A DNA stretch of 64,000 nucleotides from an uncultured Actinomycetes bacterium. GTDB taxonomy: Bacteria; Actinomycetota; Actinomycetes; S36-B12. Positions 1 through 8,347 of the stretch are shown piece by piece. Where the stretch lies: NCBI GenBank assembly GCA_903960135.1, contig CAJBZP010000106.1:352-64351 (forward strand). The letters are read 5' to 3'. Each line of letters starts with the position of its first letter. Position 1 is the first letter of the stretch. The notes below the pieces were generated by a model that saw only the letters and a program-made list of their open reading frames with translations, was not told the DNA's origin and made no database searches. A program made the position numbers and the translations under genes.

Positions 1-1
1 C

Positions 2-622
2 AAGGTTTTGACCAACCTTATTGACCTGATGGCGGCGATCCCATCGGTGATTTTAGGCTTGTGGGCTTTCTACATCTTGAACCCAACTGCGGAAGAGTGG
101 CAGATACTGCTCAATAAGTACTTAGGTTGGATCCCGATTTTTGAAAATACCTCGGGGAACTTCTTGGGAACGCCGTTCATCGCAGGATTTGTGCTCGCGA
201 TCATGATGATTCCGATTATCACAGCGGTGACACGCGAGGTACTAAGTCGCACACCACCAGACCTCATTAATGCCTCTGAGGCGCTTGGTTGCTCACTGTG
301 GACGATGCTGCGATATGTGGCACTGCCTTATGGTCGGGGCGGCATCGTCGGCGGCGTGATGCTGGGTCTTGGGCGTGCACTCGGTGAGACCATCGCGGTG
401 TTCTTTGTCCTCAAGATCGTCTTCGAAACAAACTGGGACAAGATCATCGAGTCAGGTGGTGGGTCGGTGGCGACCCTAATCGTGAGCCGTTTCGGCGAGG
501 TCTCCGGACCCCTCGAGCTGCAGTTGCTCCTAGCCGCGGGTTTCTTCCTTTTCATCATGACGCTGGTTGTTAACGTCATCGCCAACCTAATCGTGAGCCG
601 AACGGGAAGGTTGCAGAAGTGA
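2..622 (+). CDS. pstC: phosphate ABC transporter permease PstC (3' portion; 5' end lies upstream of the window)
   Basis: The frame is open to the window edge. It is a polytopic membrane protein with an ABC-permease EAA-type loop (INASEALGCSLWTMLRYVALPYGRGG). It has a 4-nt stop/start overlap with pstA and is followed by pstB. Confidence 0.85.
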   Translation, partial: KVLTNLIDLMAAIPSVILGLWAFYILNPTAEEWQILLNKYLGWIPIFENTSGNFLGTPFIAGFVLAIMMIPIITAVTREVLSRTPPDLINASEALGCSLWTMLRYVALPYGRGGIVGGVMLGLGRALGETIAVFFVLKIVFETNWDKIIESGGGSVATLIVSRFGEVSGPLELQLLLAAGFFLFIMTLVVNVIANLIVSRTGRLQK

Positions 623-1701
623 GCACCATAACTTTTGACCCGCGGACTTTAGAGCAACTACAGCAGCAAAAGTCCATGCGCCCATGGCGCAAGAAGCCAA
701 CCAGATTCACCGCTTCTGTGACCTTGGCCGTTGTCATCCCGGCGCTTATAGTCGCCGCCTTGTATCTGACCAGCGATATCCCGGTGCCAATCTTGCTTGT
801 CGTCATTTATTTACCGCTGCAGCTAATTGCGTCCGGAATTGCTGCGTGGGCAACAAAAGGCACCCGCGGTATTGCCGATTCCGTGATCATCGTGAATGCG
901 ATTGGCGCGAGCCTGTTCAGTGTCATTGTCTTGGTCTCGGTAATCGGGTCGTTGATTGTGCGTGGTCTGCGCGCACTCAGCCCACACTTCCTCTTTCAAA
1001 ACAGCGTCTACATCAGTCCGAGTACGCCGTTGGATTACGGCGGCATTGGTCACTCATTGGTCGGCACACTGCTAATCGTCTTCATTGCGTCACTTATCTC
1101 CGTGCCGATCGGTATCGCTACCGCTGTCTACATCACCGAGGTTCGCGGCCGAGCAGTTCCATACGTTCGCTTTTTCGTGCAGGCCATGAGCGGTGTGCCT
1201 TCTGTGGTTGCGGGCCTTTTCATTCTGACAATCGTGGTGGCCACCGGTGCCTTTAACCAAAGTGCATTCGCCGGCGGACTGGCCTATGCAATCTTGATGT
1301 TGCCGACGGTTGCGAGGACCGCCGAGGAAGTACTCAAGTTGGTGCCCGATGATCTGCGCACCGGGGCGCTGGCGCTCGGCTCCACGCGGGCTAGAACTGT
1401 CCTAAGAGTCGTGATCCCCGCTGCCCGCACCGGCATTATCACCGCAGTCATCCTTGGGGTAGCCCGAGTCATCGGTGAAACCGCACCGCTACTCCTGGCT
1501 GCTGGCAATAACGACCAAACCGTGGTGAACCCCTTCGGCTCACCGATATCTTCGGTTCCGACCTATATCTTCAACAACGTTGCCCTACCGTACCCCGATG
1601 CAGTCACCAGGGCTTGGGGCTCCGCCTTGGTTCTAATCATTTTGGTTGCCATTTTGTTCACCCTGGCTCGCGTCATCGGGCGTGGGCGTGTCGGACGATA
1701 G
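619..1701 (+). CDS. pstA: phosphate ABC transporter permease PstA
   Basis: 360-aa polytopic permease with a PstA-like C-terminal half (DDLRTGALALGSTRARTVLRVVIPAARTGIITAVILGVARVIGETAPLL). It is translationally coupled to pstC. Confidence 0.9.
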   Translation: MSTITFDPRTLEQLQQQKSMRPWRKKPTRFTASVTLAVVIPALIVAALYLTSDIPVPILLVVIYLPLQLIASGIAAWATKGTRGIADSVIIVNAIGASLFSVIVLVSVIGSLIVRGLRALSPHFLFQNSVYISPSTPLDYGGIGHSLVGTLLIVFIASLISVPIGIATAVYITEVRGRAVPYVRFFVQAMSGVPSVVAGLFILTIVVATGAFNQSAFAGGLAYAILMLPTVARTAEEVLKLVPDDLRTGALALGSTRARTVLRVVIPAARTGIITAVILGVARVIGETAPLLLAAGNNDQTVVNPFGSPISSVPTYIFNNVALPYPDAVTRAWGSALVLIILVAILFTLARVIGRGRVGR

Positions 1702-1713
1702 GAAGCGAATACC

Positions 1714-2559
1714 ATGTCCACTGCTGAGTTTGAGGATGTTATGGACCTAGATATTGAGGGTGTTGAGGCCTCAACTGTCCATCCGGTGGGTCCGACCGAG
1801 ATGGAGGCGCGCGACGTCAGCGTCTGGTTCGGGCAGCGCAAGGTATTAGAAGGTGTCAATATCGTCTTCCCGAAGAAGACCGTGACTGCTCTCATCGGGC
1901 CATCAGGTTGCGGTAAGTCGACCTTCATTCGGACCCTAAATCGCCTGCATGAACTAATACCGGGGGCCGCTTTGGCGGGGTCGGTGCTTTATGAGGGCAA
2001 GGACATCTACGACGCTGCGGTGGACCCGGTATCAATTCGCCTGCAAATCGGCATGGTCTTCCAAAAGCCAAATCCGTTCCCCAGCATGACTATCCGCGGC
2101 AATGTGCTATCCGGCTTGAAGCTGTCGGGGATGAAGCGTGATAACCACGACGACATCGTTGAGGAGACCCTCACCGCCGCTGGCCTATGGAACGAGGTGA
2201 AGGATCGCCTCGGCAATGCCGCCGGCGATCTGTCCGGCGGGCAGCAGCAGCGACTCGTTATTGCTCGGGCACTAGCCGTCCAGCCGCATGTGCTTTTGAT
2301 GGATGAGCCGTGCTCGGCATTGGATCCCGCGTCGACCTTGAAAATCGAAGAGACTATCCGCGAGCTCTCCAAGGAAGTCACCATCATTATCGTCACGCAT
2401 AACATGCAGCAGGCTGTGCGGGTTTCCGACTACACCGCATTCTTCCTTGCGGAAGAAGGCACCCCGGGCCATGTGGTTGAGCAAGGTGCAACAACAGAGA
2501 TCTTCGGTAACCCGCAGGAACAACGCACCTTGGACTACGTAAATGGCAGGTTCGGTTAA
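1714..2559 (+). CDS. pstB: phosphate ABC transporter ATP-binding protein PstB
   Basis: Walker A GPSGCGKST, ABC signature LSGGQQQRL, Walker B LLMDEPCSALD, and a PstB-typical C-terminus YVNGRFG. Confidence 0.95.
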   Translation: MSTAEFEDVMDLDIEGVEASTVHPVGPTEMEARDVSVWFGQRKVLEGVNIVFPKKTVTALIGPSGCGKSTFIRTLNRLHELIPGAALAGSVLYEGKDIYDAAVDPVSIRLQIGMVFQKPNPFPSMTIRGNVLSGLKLSGMKRDNHDDIVEETLTAAGLWNEVKDRLGNAAGDLSGGQQQRLVIARALAVQPHVLLMDEPCSALDPASTLKIEETIRELSKEVTIIIVTHNMQQAVRVSDYTAFFLAEEGTPGHVVEQGATTEIFGNPQEQRTLDYVNGRFG

Positions 2560-2565
2560 CCCGCT

Positions 2566-2650
2566 GTTCACTTGTACATTGATTGTTCACCTAAAAGTCC
2601 ATCGCGTGTCAGCATCTCGACAGTGTTGATTCACCCGAGTTGATTAACGT
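2566..2650 (+). promoter_or_regulatory. putative Pho-box-like repeats / promoter region upstream of pstS
   Basis: AT-richer 129-bp gap between pstB and pstS. It contains GTTCAC (2566), GTTCACC (2585) and ATTCACC (2629), plus three TTGATT repeats (2579, 2626, 2640). An AAGGAG RBS precedes the GTG start at 2689. The resemblance to actinobacterial PhoP GTTCACC direct-repeat units is from memory, and the spacing is not a clean 11-nt register. Confidence 0.3.
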
Positions 2651-2688
2651 GTCATCGAATTGTTAACTTCAACTCTAAGGAGCACATA

Positions 2689-3744
2689 GTGCGTCGCACA
2701 ATCGCGATTCTAGCCAGTAGTGCGCTAGCGGCCGGCACGGTCGCGTTGGCCGCACCCGCCCAAGCCGCCGAGACGATTTCAGGTGGCGGAGCTTCATTCC
2801 CAAACGTGTTCATTCAGCAGTGCGCCGCTGACTTCAATGGCTCACAGAGCAATTTCACAGTGTCCTACACCTCCACCGGGTCCGGCACCGGCAAGGGTAA
2901 CTTCACCAAGGGCACCTTCGTATACGCGATGACCGACTCGGCTTACACCTCAGGTGCACCGACCTTCGGCTGGGAGTACATACCGGCAATCGGGGGCGCG
3001 GTAACGTTGCCGATTAATCTAAAGAACGCCACCACGGGTCGCACCCTGGGCTCCTCCATCCAGCTCAAGCAGGTGACATTGGCGAAGATCCTCTCGGGGG
3101 CTATCGCTACTTGGAATCACCCGGAGATCCTCAAGGACAATCCGCGCATCGCCAAGTCATTGCCATCGACAGCGATCACGATCGCCTATCGTTCGGATGC
3201 TTCCGGCACAACGAACAACATGTTGCAGTACTTGAACTCTTGGGCCCCGACCATCTTCCCGAAGGTACAAGACGACATGGGCACTGCGTTCCCCGGCGGC
3301 AAGCCACCGGCAAACTCGGTCGCCGGTAAGGGCAACTCGGGTGTGATGGCGAATGTGCTCGCCAAGGAGGGCACCATCGGCTATGTCGATCTCGGCGATG
3401 CCAAGGGTTACCCATCAGCGCGCATCCAAAATGCCAATGGTGAGTTCATTGCGCCATCATCTGCGTCCGCCGCCAAGAACCTCGCGAACCAGACAGCGGT
3501 TGGCGCCGATGGCCTCGTCGCTCTGAACTACAAGGTGGCTGTTTCCGGTGCCTACCCCATCGCGATCTTCAGCTACGCATTGGCTCGGACCGATGGTAAG
3601 GGCCCAAATGGCCTGGGCGTGCGTCAGTTCCTCGACTACGTGTTGCAAAAGTGCGGGCCTTCCCGTGCTGCCTCACTTGGTTATGTACCGGTCGGCGGCA
3701 AGGTACTTGCCACTGCCAAGACGCTGGTAACCAAGGTCTCCTAG
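2689..3744 (+). CDS. pstS: phosphate-binding protein PstS (secreted)
   Basis: Sec signal peptide ending APAQA/AE. PstS-family motifs GGGASFP, YTSTGSGTGKGNF and IATWNHPEI are present. The gene lies next to pstCAB. Confidence 0.85.
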   Translation: MRRTIAILASSALAAGTVALAAPAQAAETISGGGASFPNVFIQQCAADFNGSQSNFTVSYTSTGSGTGKGNFTKGTFVYAMTDSAYTSGAPTFGWEYIPAIGGAVTLPINLKNATTGRTLGSSIQLKQVTLAKILSGAIATWNHPEILKDNPRIAKSLPSTAITIAYRSDASGTTNNMLQYLNSWAPTIFPKVQDDMGTAFPGGKPPANSVAGKGNSGVMANVLAKEGTIGYVDLGDAKGYPSARIQNANGEFIAPSSASAAKNLANQTAVGADGLVALNYKVAVSGAYPIAIFSYALARTDGKGPNGLGVRQFLDYVLQKCGPSRAASLGYVPVGGKVLATAKTLVTKVS

Positions 3745-3775
3745 TAAATCTCAATAGCAACAACAAAGCGTAAAG

Positions 3776-4975
3776 GTGCGGGCGATGCCTCGGAAAGTTA
3801 CGACAATCCGAGGCATCGTCCTCGCTGCTTTCGCAACTGCTTTAGTAGCAGGTTGTACGCCGCCGATGCCCCCTGATGTGCTGGCGGCGCGCGCTGAAGC
3901 CCAAGTTGCCTGCGGCACCGGTGAAGTGCGGGTCAGCGTGCCAAGTGGGTTCAGTGGGTCAATGGATTCGGTTGGGGCCGCGCTGACGTCGGTGTGCCCG
4001 GATGAGACCGTGCTCGAGGTGCCCGCCGAGGAGTCTGCACCACTTGCCTTGGTCGACAAGACGCCTTCGCAAGCAGATATTGATGCGTTCAAGGCAACTT
4101 CTTGCCCGAATGACCCGGTCATCGTGGTCCCGGCATTTGCCTACCCGGTGACTTTGGCCTACAACGTGGTTGGGCTCGAGGGCCTATTAATGACCCCCCA
4201 GATTGTGTCCGGGATCCTAAGTGGAGCCATCACCTCCTGGGAGGATCCGCTATTGCTGGAGGCTAACCCGGACTTTGATTTAACTCTACTTCCGGAGATC
4301 GCCCTCATGTCTATTGATTCACCACAAGGTGATGTCGAGGCGATGACAACTTGGCTAAACCAGCAGGATGCTGCTTCGTGGCCGCAAGGCAAGGTTGGGG
4401 TGCTGGAGGTGGGCCAAAAGTTCCCGTCTCAAGCCGATCTGCTCGCCGAGATGCTGGCGGTCGAAGGTTCAATTGCGGTGCTGCCGATCTCGGTTGCTTA
4501 CAACAATATTTTGGCTACCGCGAACTTGCCGGTTAAGGGCACCGATGCCAATGGGCAAGAGGTTGACACCGTCATCACCACCGACGACGTGCAGCTTTAC
4601 AAAATCGGTTCCGGCGCCACCACGGTGACCAAAGATGCGAGCGGCAATCTTTTTGCTAGCCCCGCAACGGGTGGGTTTCCGGTTGACGGCAACTTTGATA
4701 TCGCATCATCGAAGATCATGATGGCCGAAGGTGCACCACTTGTGGGTTGGCCGGTACTTGGGTATGCGCACCTTTTGATCTGCGATAACCCGGCGGAGCC
4801 ACTACCCCTGCTATTCGCCCAGTATCTGGTTCGTCTTGCCGGCCAAGGCTCACTTGAGTCATTCGGCTTGACCCCAATGCCAGAGCCAATTCGAATTCAA
4901 ACGTTCGGCCCACTTAAGGTCGTTGTCAACGTGGATGGTGTTGACGCGGCGAGTGCGTCGCCGGTCGCCAGTTAG
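3776..4975 (+). CDS. divergent PstS/PBP-like substrate-binding lipoprotein, ligand unknown
   Basis: Lipobox LVAGC after a hydrophobic h-region. PstS-like segments VVPAFAYPVTLAYNV and GAITSWEDPLLLEANP are present, but no clear STGSGTG-type anion-binding motif. An alternative ATG start lies at 3785. Confidence 0.6.
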   Translation: MRAMPRKVTTIRGIVLAAFATALVAGCTPPMPPDVLAARAEAQVACGTGEVRVSVPSGFSGSMDSVGAALTSVCPDETVLEVPAEESAPLALVDKTPSQADIDAFKATSCPNDPVIVVPAFAYPVTLAYNVVGLEGLLMTPQIVSGILSGAITSWEDPLLLEANPDFDLTLLPEIALMSIDSPQGDVEAMTTWLNQQDAASWPQGKVGVLEVGQKFPSQADLLAEMLAVEGSIAVLPISVAYNNILATANLPVKGTDANGQEVDTVITTDDVQLYKIGSGATTVTKDASGNLFASPATGGFPVDGNFDIASSKIMMAEGAPLVGWPVLGYAHLLICDNPAEPLPLLFAQYLVRLAGQGSLESFGLTPMPEPIRIQTFGPLKVVVNVDGVDAASASPVAS

Positions 4976-5012
4976 CCGGTAACCAGGCTAAGGCGCTCGC
5001 CCTGCCCCTAGG

Positions 5013-6098
5013 GTGGGGGTCATGGAAGAGCGAAGTACGGGCACTCAATTACCACGCTGGTACGTCAAAGCCATCTGGTATGCCATTTTCGCAGTCACGT
5101 TGTCAATCGCTGGCTGGTACATCGCCCTCCAACTGACCGACCTGATGGTCACGGTTGCCATCTGCTTCTTCCTGGCCTTTTGTATTGAACCCATCGTCAA
5201 CAAACTTGCGGCTCGCGGTTGGCGACGCGGCTTGGCCACCCTTTTTGTCTACGTGGTGGGCGTCGGCGCGGTCGCTGCTTTCTTTGCGCTATTTGGACTG
5301 GTCTTCTTCCAACAGGTTGTAGACCTAGTTTCCGAGCTTCCCAATCTCTACGACGGAATCCGAGGTTTCTTCGACGAGACCTTCTCCGTAACCTTGCCTG
5401 AGCCGTCGGTGCTGATGGATCAGTACCTAAATGATGCGGTCACGCTCTTAGCCAATGGCGTGATCGGTGTGATCAATACTTTCCTAGGGGTGGTATTCGG
5501 GGCGCTGACGGTGTTACTTGTTACTTTCTACCTGGTGGTTGATGGGCCCCGCTTTCGCAGCGTGGTTTGCTCCCTGTTTTCCCAGCGTCGGCAGCGTGAG
5601 ATCTTGGCCGTTTGGGAGGTGGCGATCGATAAGACTTCAAGCTACATGATCTCAAGGTCGGTGCTGGCCCTGGTTTGCGGTACCACGACGACAGTCTTCT
5701 TGTTGATAATCCAGGTGCCGAATGGGTTGGCTCTCGGCATCTTCACCGGATTGGTCTCGGCCTTCATCCCGACAATTGGCACCTATATTGGCGGGATCCT
5801 GCCGGTCGCGGTTGCTTTCGGAGCGAGCCCGATCCAAGGGGTCGCCACCTTGGTGTTCATTTTGGCCTACCAGCAAGTGGAAAACCTAACGATCGAGCCT
5901 CGGATCTCAGCCAAGGCGATGGAATTGAATACCGCCGTTTCATTCTTAAGCGTTTTAGCCGGCGCTGCCGTCCTGGGGCCGGTGGGAGCCTTCTTAGCGC
6001 TGCCATTTGCGGCAACACTGAAAGCCTTTGTCGGTACCTATCTGCGCCGCACCGAAGTCGTTGCTTCGAAACTTACCGATGGCAGTGGCCAGCCTTAG
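5013..6098 (+). CDS. AI-2E family transporter (PerM/YhhT-like membrane protein)
   Basis: 361 aa with about 8 TM segments. The family-typical C-terminal region is IPTIGTYIGGILPVAVAF ... YQQVENLTIEPRI. Confidence 0.8.
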   Translation: MGVMEERSTGTQLPRWYVKAIWYAIFAVTLSIAGWYIALQLTDLMVTVAICFFLAFCIEPIVNKLAARGWRRGLATLFVYVVGVGAVAAFFALFGLVFFQQVVDLVSELPNLYDGIRGFFDETFSVTLPEPSVLMDQYLNDAVTLLANGVIGVINTFLGVVFGALTVLLVTFYLVVDGPRFRSVVCSLFSQRRQREILAVWEVAIDKTSSYMISRSVLALVCGTTTTVFLLIIQVPNGLALGIFTGLVSAFIPTIGTYIGGILPVAVAFGASPIQGVATLVFILAYQQVENLTIEPRISAKAMELNTAVSFLSVLAGAAVLGPVGAFLALPFAATLKAFVGTYLRRTEVVASKLTDGSGQP

Positions 6099-6100
6099 GT

Positions 6101-6628
6101 TCAGATGAAGATCACCTGCGCGCCTTCGGTGAGTTCGATAAAGGCGCCGGCATTGATAATGCCCTCAACGCCGTCATATAGATCATCGATTGTCACGTGG
6201 TTCATGTCGGCGCTCATCTGGCACGCCCAAAGGTGCCCGCCGGATGCCGTGATGAGATCCAGAAATTCCGGCACTTCGGGCACATCAAGGTCGGCGATTG
6301 ATTTCTTCATCATTTTGGTCGCCATTGCTGTCATGCCGGGCATCGGCATCAGGGCCTGCGGCATATGGGTTGCTGGGTTGCCCACCGGAACGAACTTTAG
6401 GTGCTCCATTCGGCCCTTGGTGATCATCTCGAAGCCCCAGAAAGTGAAAAACATGTGGACTTCAACCCCCTCACCGAGGGCGGCATTTCCCAGGATAAGC
6501 CCAGGGTAGGCCATATCAAGGTTGCCTTTTGAGCAGATGATTGCCAACTTGCGGCCCGACTCTTCGTGCTTTTCGAAGGCCGGAATTATCATTTCTTGGG
6601 TTTCAATAACTTCACTGGCCATTGTCAT
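6101..6628 (-). CDS. DsrE/DsrF/DrsH-like sulfur-relay family protein
   Basis: 175 aa with LAIICSKGNLDMAYPGLILGNAA and a conserved Cys in HLWACQMS, typical of the DsrE/F-like (COG2210) proteins found beside SQR and TusA/TusE genes. It is the last gene of a three-gene minus-strand operon. Confidence 0.7.
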   Translation of the reverse strand: MTMASEVIETQEMIIPAFEKHEESGRKLAIICSKGNLDMAYPGLILGNAALGEGVEVHMFFTFWGFEMITKGRMEHLKFVPVGNPATHMPQALMPMPGMTAMATKMMKKSIADLDVPEVPEFLDLITASGGHLWACQMSADMNHVTIDDLYDGVEGIINAGAFIELTEGAQVIFI

Positions 6629-6643
6629 TATTCCTCCTCGGGG

Positions 6644-6958
6644 TCAGACGCAGCCGTGCGGTTTGGGCAGGCCAGCGATGTATGCCATCTTCTTGGCGGG
6701 TTTCTTGGGGAACAGCACGAACATCTGCTTGGTATCGAACCCGCCGGTGTTAGTGATCCGGCGAATAGTGGGTGTCTCACCTTGAACCTTGAAGTCATCG
6801 CGCAGGAAGTGAATTACCCGCCAATGCTCATCTGTCATTTCGATCTCGATGGCCGCGGCCAGAGATGCAGCAAGGGTTTCGTCCCATTGGTCATACTCGG
6901 TCATGAAGCCTTCATCATCGACGCTCACTTCACGGCCGCTAATAGTGGTGGTGGGCAT
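6644..6958 (-). CDS. TusE/DsrC family sulfur-relay protein (single C-terminal Cys)
   Basis: 104 aa with the family-defining C-terminus GLPKPHGCV and EHWRVIHFLRDDF. Only the penultimate Cys is present, so it is TusE-like rather than a two-Cys DsrC. Confidence 0.8.
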   Translation of the reverse strand: MPTTTISGREVSVDDEGFMTEYDQWDETLAASLAAAIEIEMTDEHWRVIHFLRDDFKVQGETPTIRRITNTGGFDTKQMFVLFPKKPAKKMAYIAGLPKPHGCV

Positions 6959-6964
6959 TGTTCG

Positions 6965-8194
6965 TCACTCCTTCACTTTTCCGGACATTGACATAAGTAC
7001 AGGAACCGGCATGGAATGACCGGGCATTAAAATGTTCCAGTAGGTCCATCGGAAAGCCAACTTGCCGATGTGATTCATCCGTGTTTGCTTCAACAGGCTG
7101 AGCGGGCCGATGCGGTACGGGTATTTGCCGGTGAGTGGCTCTACGTCGTAGTTGAAATCGATGAGCATAGCCTTCTTGTGACCGGTCTCGATGAAGCAAT
7201 TCGCATGCCCATCGAATTTATGAGTCATCTCCTTGCCTGCGATGTGGAGCAAGAAGTTGTCAATGAAGATATCGACTTCAAAGTGGGCCACGGATCCGGC
7301 TTTAGAAGCAGGAATGTCATTGGCATCCCCGAGGGCGAAAATGGTGTCGTGCGCTTTTGAAATCTGGGTGAACTTATCGACCGGTACTAGGTTTAGTTCA
7401 TTGCCAAGGCCGGATCTAGCGACATACTCTGCACCCATATTTAGCGGGATGCTGACAAGTAGATCGAAGGGAATTTCGCGCTCGTCGTATGAGACCAGCA
7501 TCTTGGCTTCGGGATCTACGCGCTCCAGCATGAAATCTGGCTCAACGGTGATGCCCTTCTCCTCCAGGGTGTTGCCAAAAGCCTGAGCGGCAAGTGGTTT
7601 GGTGAAGGCGCCCGGCAACGGGGTTACGTAGGTGATGTTCACCTTGTCGCGCATGCCCTTGTTGGCAAAAAACGCATCCGACAAAAATGCGAATTCAAGG
7701 GGTGCCACCGGGCACTTGATCGGCATGTCCACGATATTTATAACAAGTTTGCCACCCGGCCACGACTTCAGTTTCTCGGCGAGCGCGATTGAACCTTCGT
7801 AGGTATAGAACTCATGAATGCTCTTACGCCACTCGCCTTCGAGCATGCCAGGTGTTTGATCTGGCCGTGGGATGACTCCGGTGGCGATTATCAGCATGTC
7901 GTATGACAGTTCGCGGCCATCAAGTAGCAAAACCCGTTGGCTATCGGGATGGACCTTATCTATGGTCCCGTAGACAAGTGGGATGTTCTTATTGAGGAAC
8001 TTACGGCGTGACCTAGTGACCTCATCTGGTTGGTACGTACCAAATGGGGTGAAAATGAAACCCGGTTGATAATGGTGGGCGTCATCGGCGTCAACGACGG
8101 TAATTGACCATTGGCTGCTCGGCAGCGCTTTGCGAAGCTTGTTCGCGGTCATGGTGCCCGCTGTGCCACCCCCGAGAATCAAGATATTTCTCAT
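6965..8194 (-). CDS. sulfide:quinone oxidoreductase-like FAD-dependent pyridine nucleotide-disulfide oxidoreductase
   Basis: N-terminal Rossmann motif MRNILILGGGTAGT and a second dinucleotide motif FALGDANDIPASKAG. Candidate redox Cys residues are in PIKCPVAPLEF and GHANCFIETG. I placed the start at the internal ATG (8194) just before GxGxxG; the ORF track extends to 8323. Confidence 0.75.
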   Translation of the reverse strand: MRNILILGGGTAGTMTANKLRKALPSSQWSITVVDADDAHHYQPGFIFTPFGTYQPDEVTRSRRKFLNKNIPLVYGTIDKVHPDSQRVLLLDGRELSYDMLIIATGVIPRPDQTPGMLEGEWRKSIHEFYTYEGSIALAEKLKSWPGGKLVINIVDMPIKCPVAPLEFAFLSDAFFANKGMRDKVNITYVTPLPGAFTKPLAAQAFGNTLEEKGITVEPDFMLERVDPEAKMLVSYDEREIPFDLLVSIPLNMGAEYVARSGLGNELNLVPVDKFTQISKAHDTIFALGDANDIPASKAGSVAHFEVDIFIDNFLLHIAGKEMTHKFDGHANCFIETGHKKAMLIDFNYDVEPLTGKYPYRIGPLSLLKQTRMNHIGKLAFRWTYWNILMPGHSMPVPVLMSMSGKVKE

Positions 8195-8208
8195 ACCCCC
8201 AAGGGTAT
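8193..8208 (-). promoter_or_regulatory. palindrome ATACCC-N4-GGGTAT overlapping the RBS and start codon of the SQR-like gene
   Basis: The sequence ATACCCCCAAGGGTAT has 6-bp perfect arms. It overlaps the ATG (complement of 8192-8194) and the GGGGG Shine-Dalgarno. From memory it resembles CsoR/CstR-type operators. It could alternatively form an RBS-sequestering mRNA hairpin. Confidence 0.35.
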
Positions 8209-8296
8209 TAAGTGGTAATTGCGGTAAGCAGTGCCGAATTACCCGACTGTTAGGGACTTTTGGCGTGAGTTCGTTCACCCAAAATAGGTCACGCTG

Positions 8297-8313
8297 GGTT
8301 ATCCGGGATAACC
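8297..8313. promoter_or_regulatory. 17-bp perfect palindrome GGTTATCC-N1-GGATAACC (candidate operator)
   Basis: 8-1-8 inverted repeat 35-50 bp upstream of the ATG at 8348. It lies in the divergent region between the SQR operon and the secreted repeat protein. Confidence 0.3.
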
Positions 8314-8347
8314 TCGTGGTCACCGTTTACTTGCTGAGGAGTCAATC

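Noticed and set aside
684-1256. 190-aa alternative-frame ORF within pstA.
   Set aside because: The pstA frame encodes a coherent polytopic permease. The alternative frame is Arg/Cys/His-rich and non-protein-like.
5013-6098. Possible functional link between the AI-2E family transporter and the LsrK/LsrF-like kinase/aldolase pair at 45506-47764.
   Set aside because: The genes are 40 kb apart. The AI-2E family name reflects one member only, and no LsrG/LsrR/LsrACDB genes are present. There is not enough evidence to propose an AI-2 system.
8195-8323. 43-codon N-terminal extension of the SQR-like ORF.
   Set aside because: FAD Rossmann proteins start a few residues before GxGxxG. The extension has no start-proximal RBS and covers the divergent regulatory region. 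The start call remains only moderately confident because the SD-ATG spacing is short.
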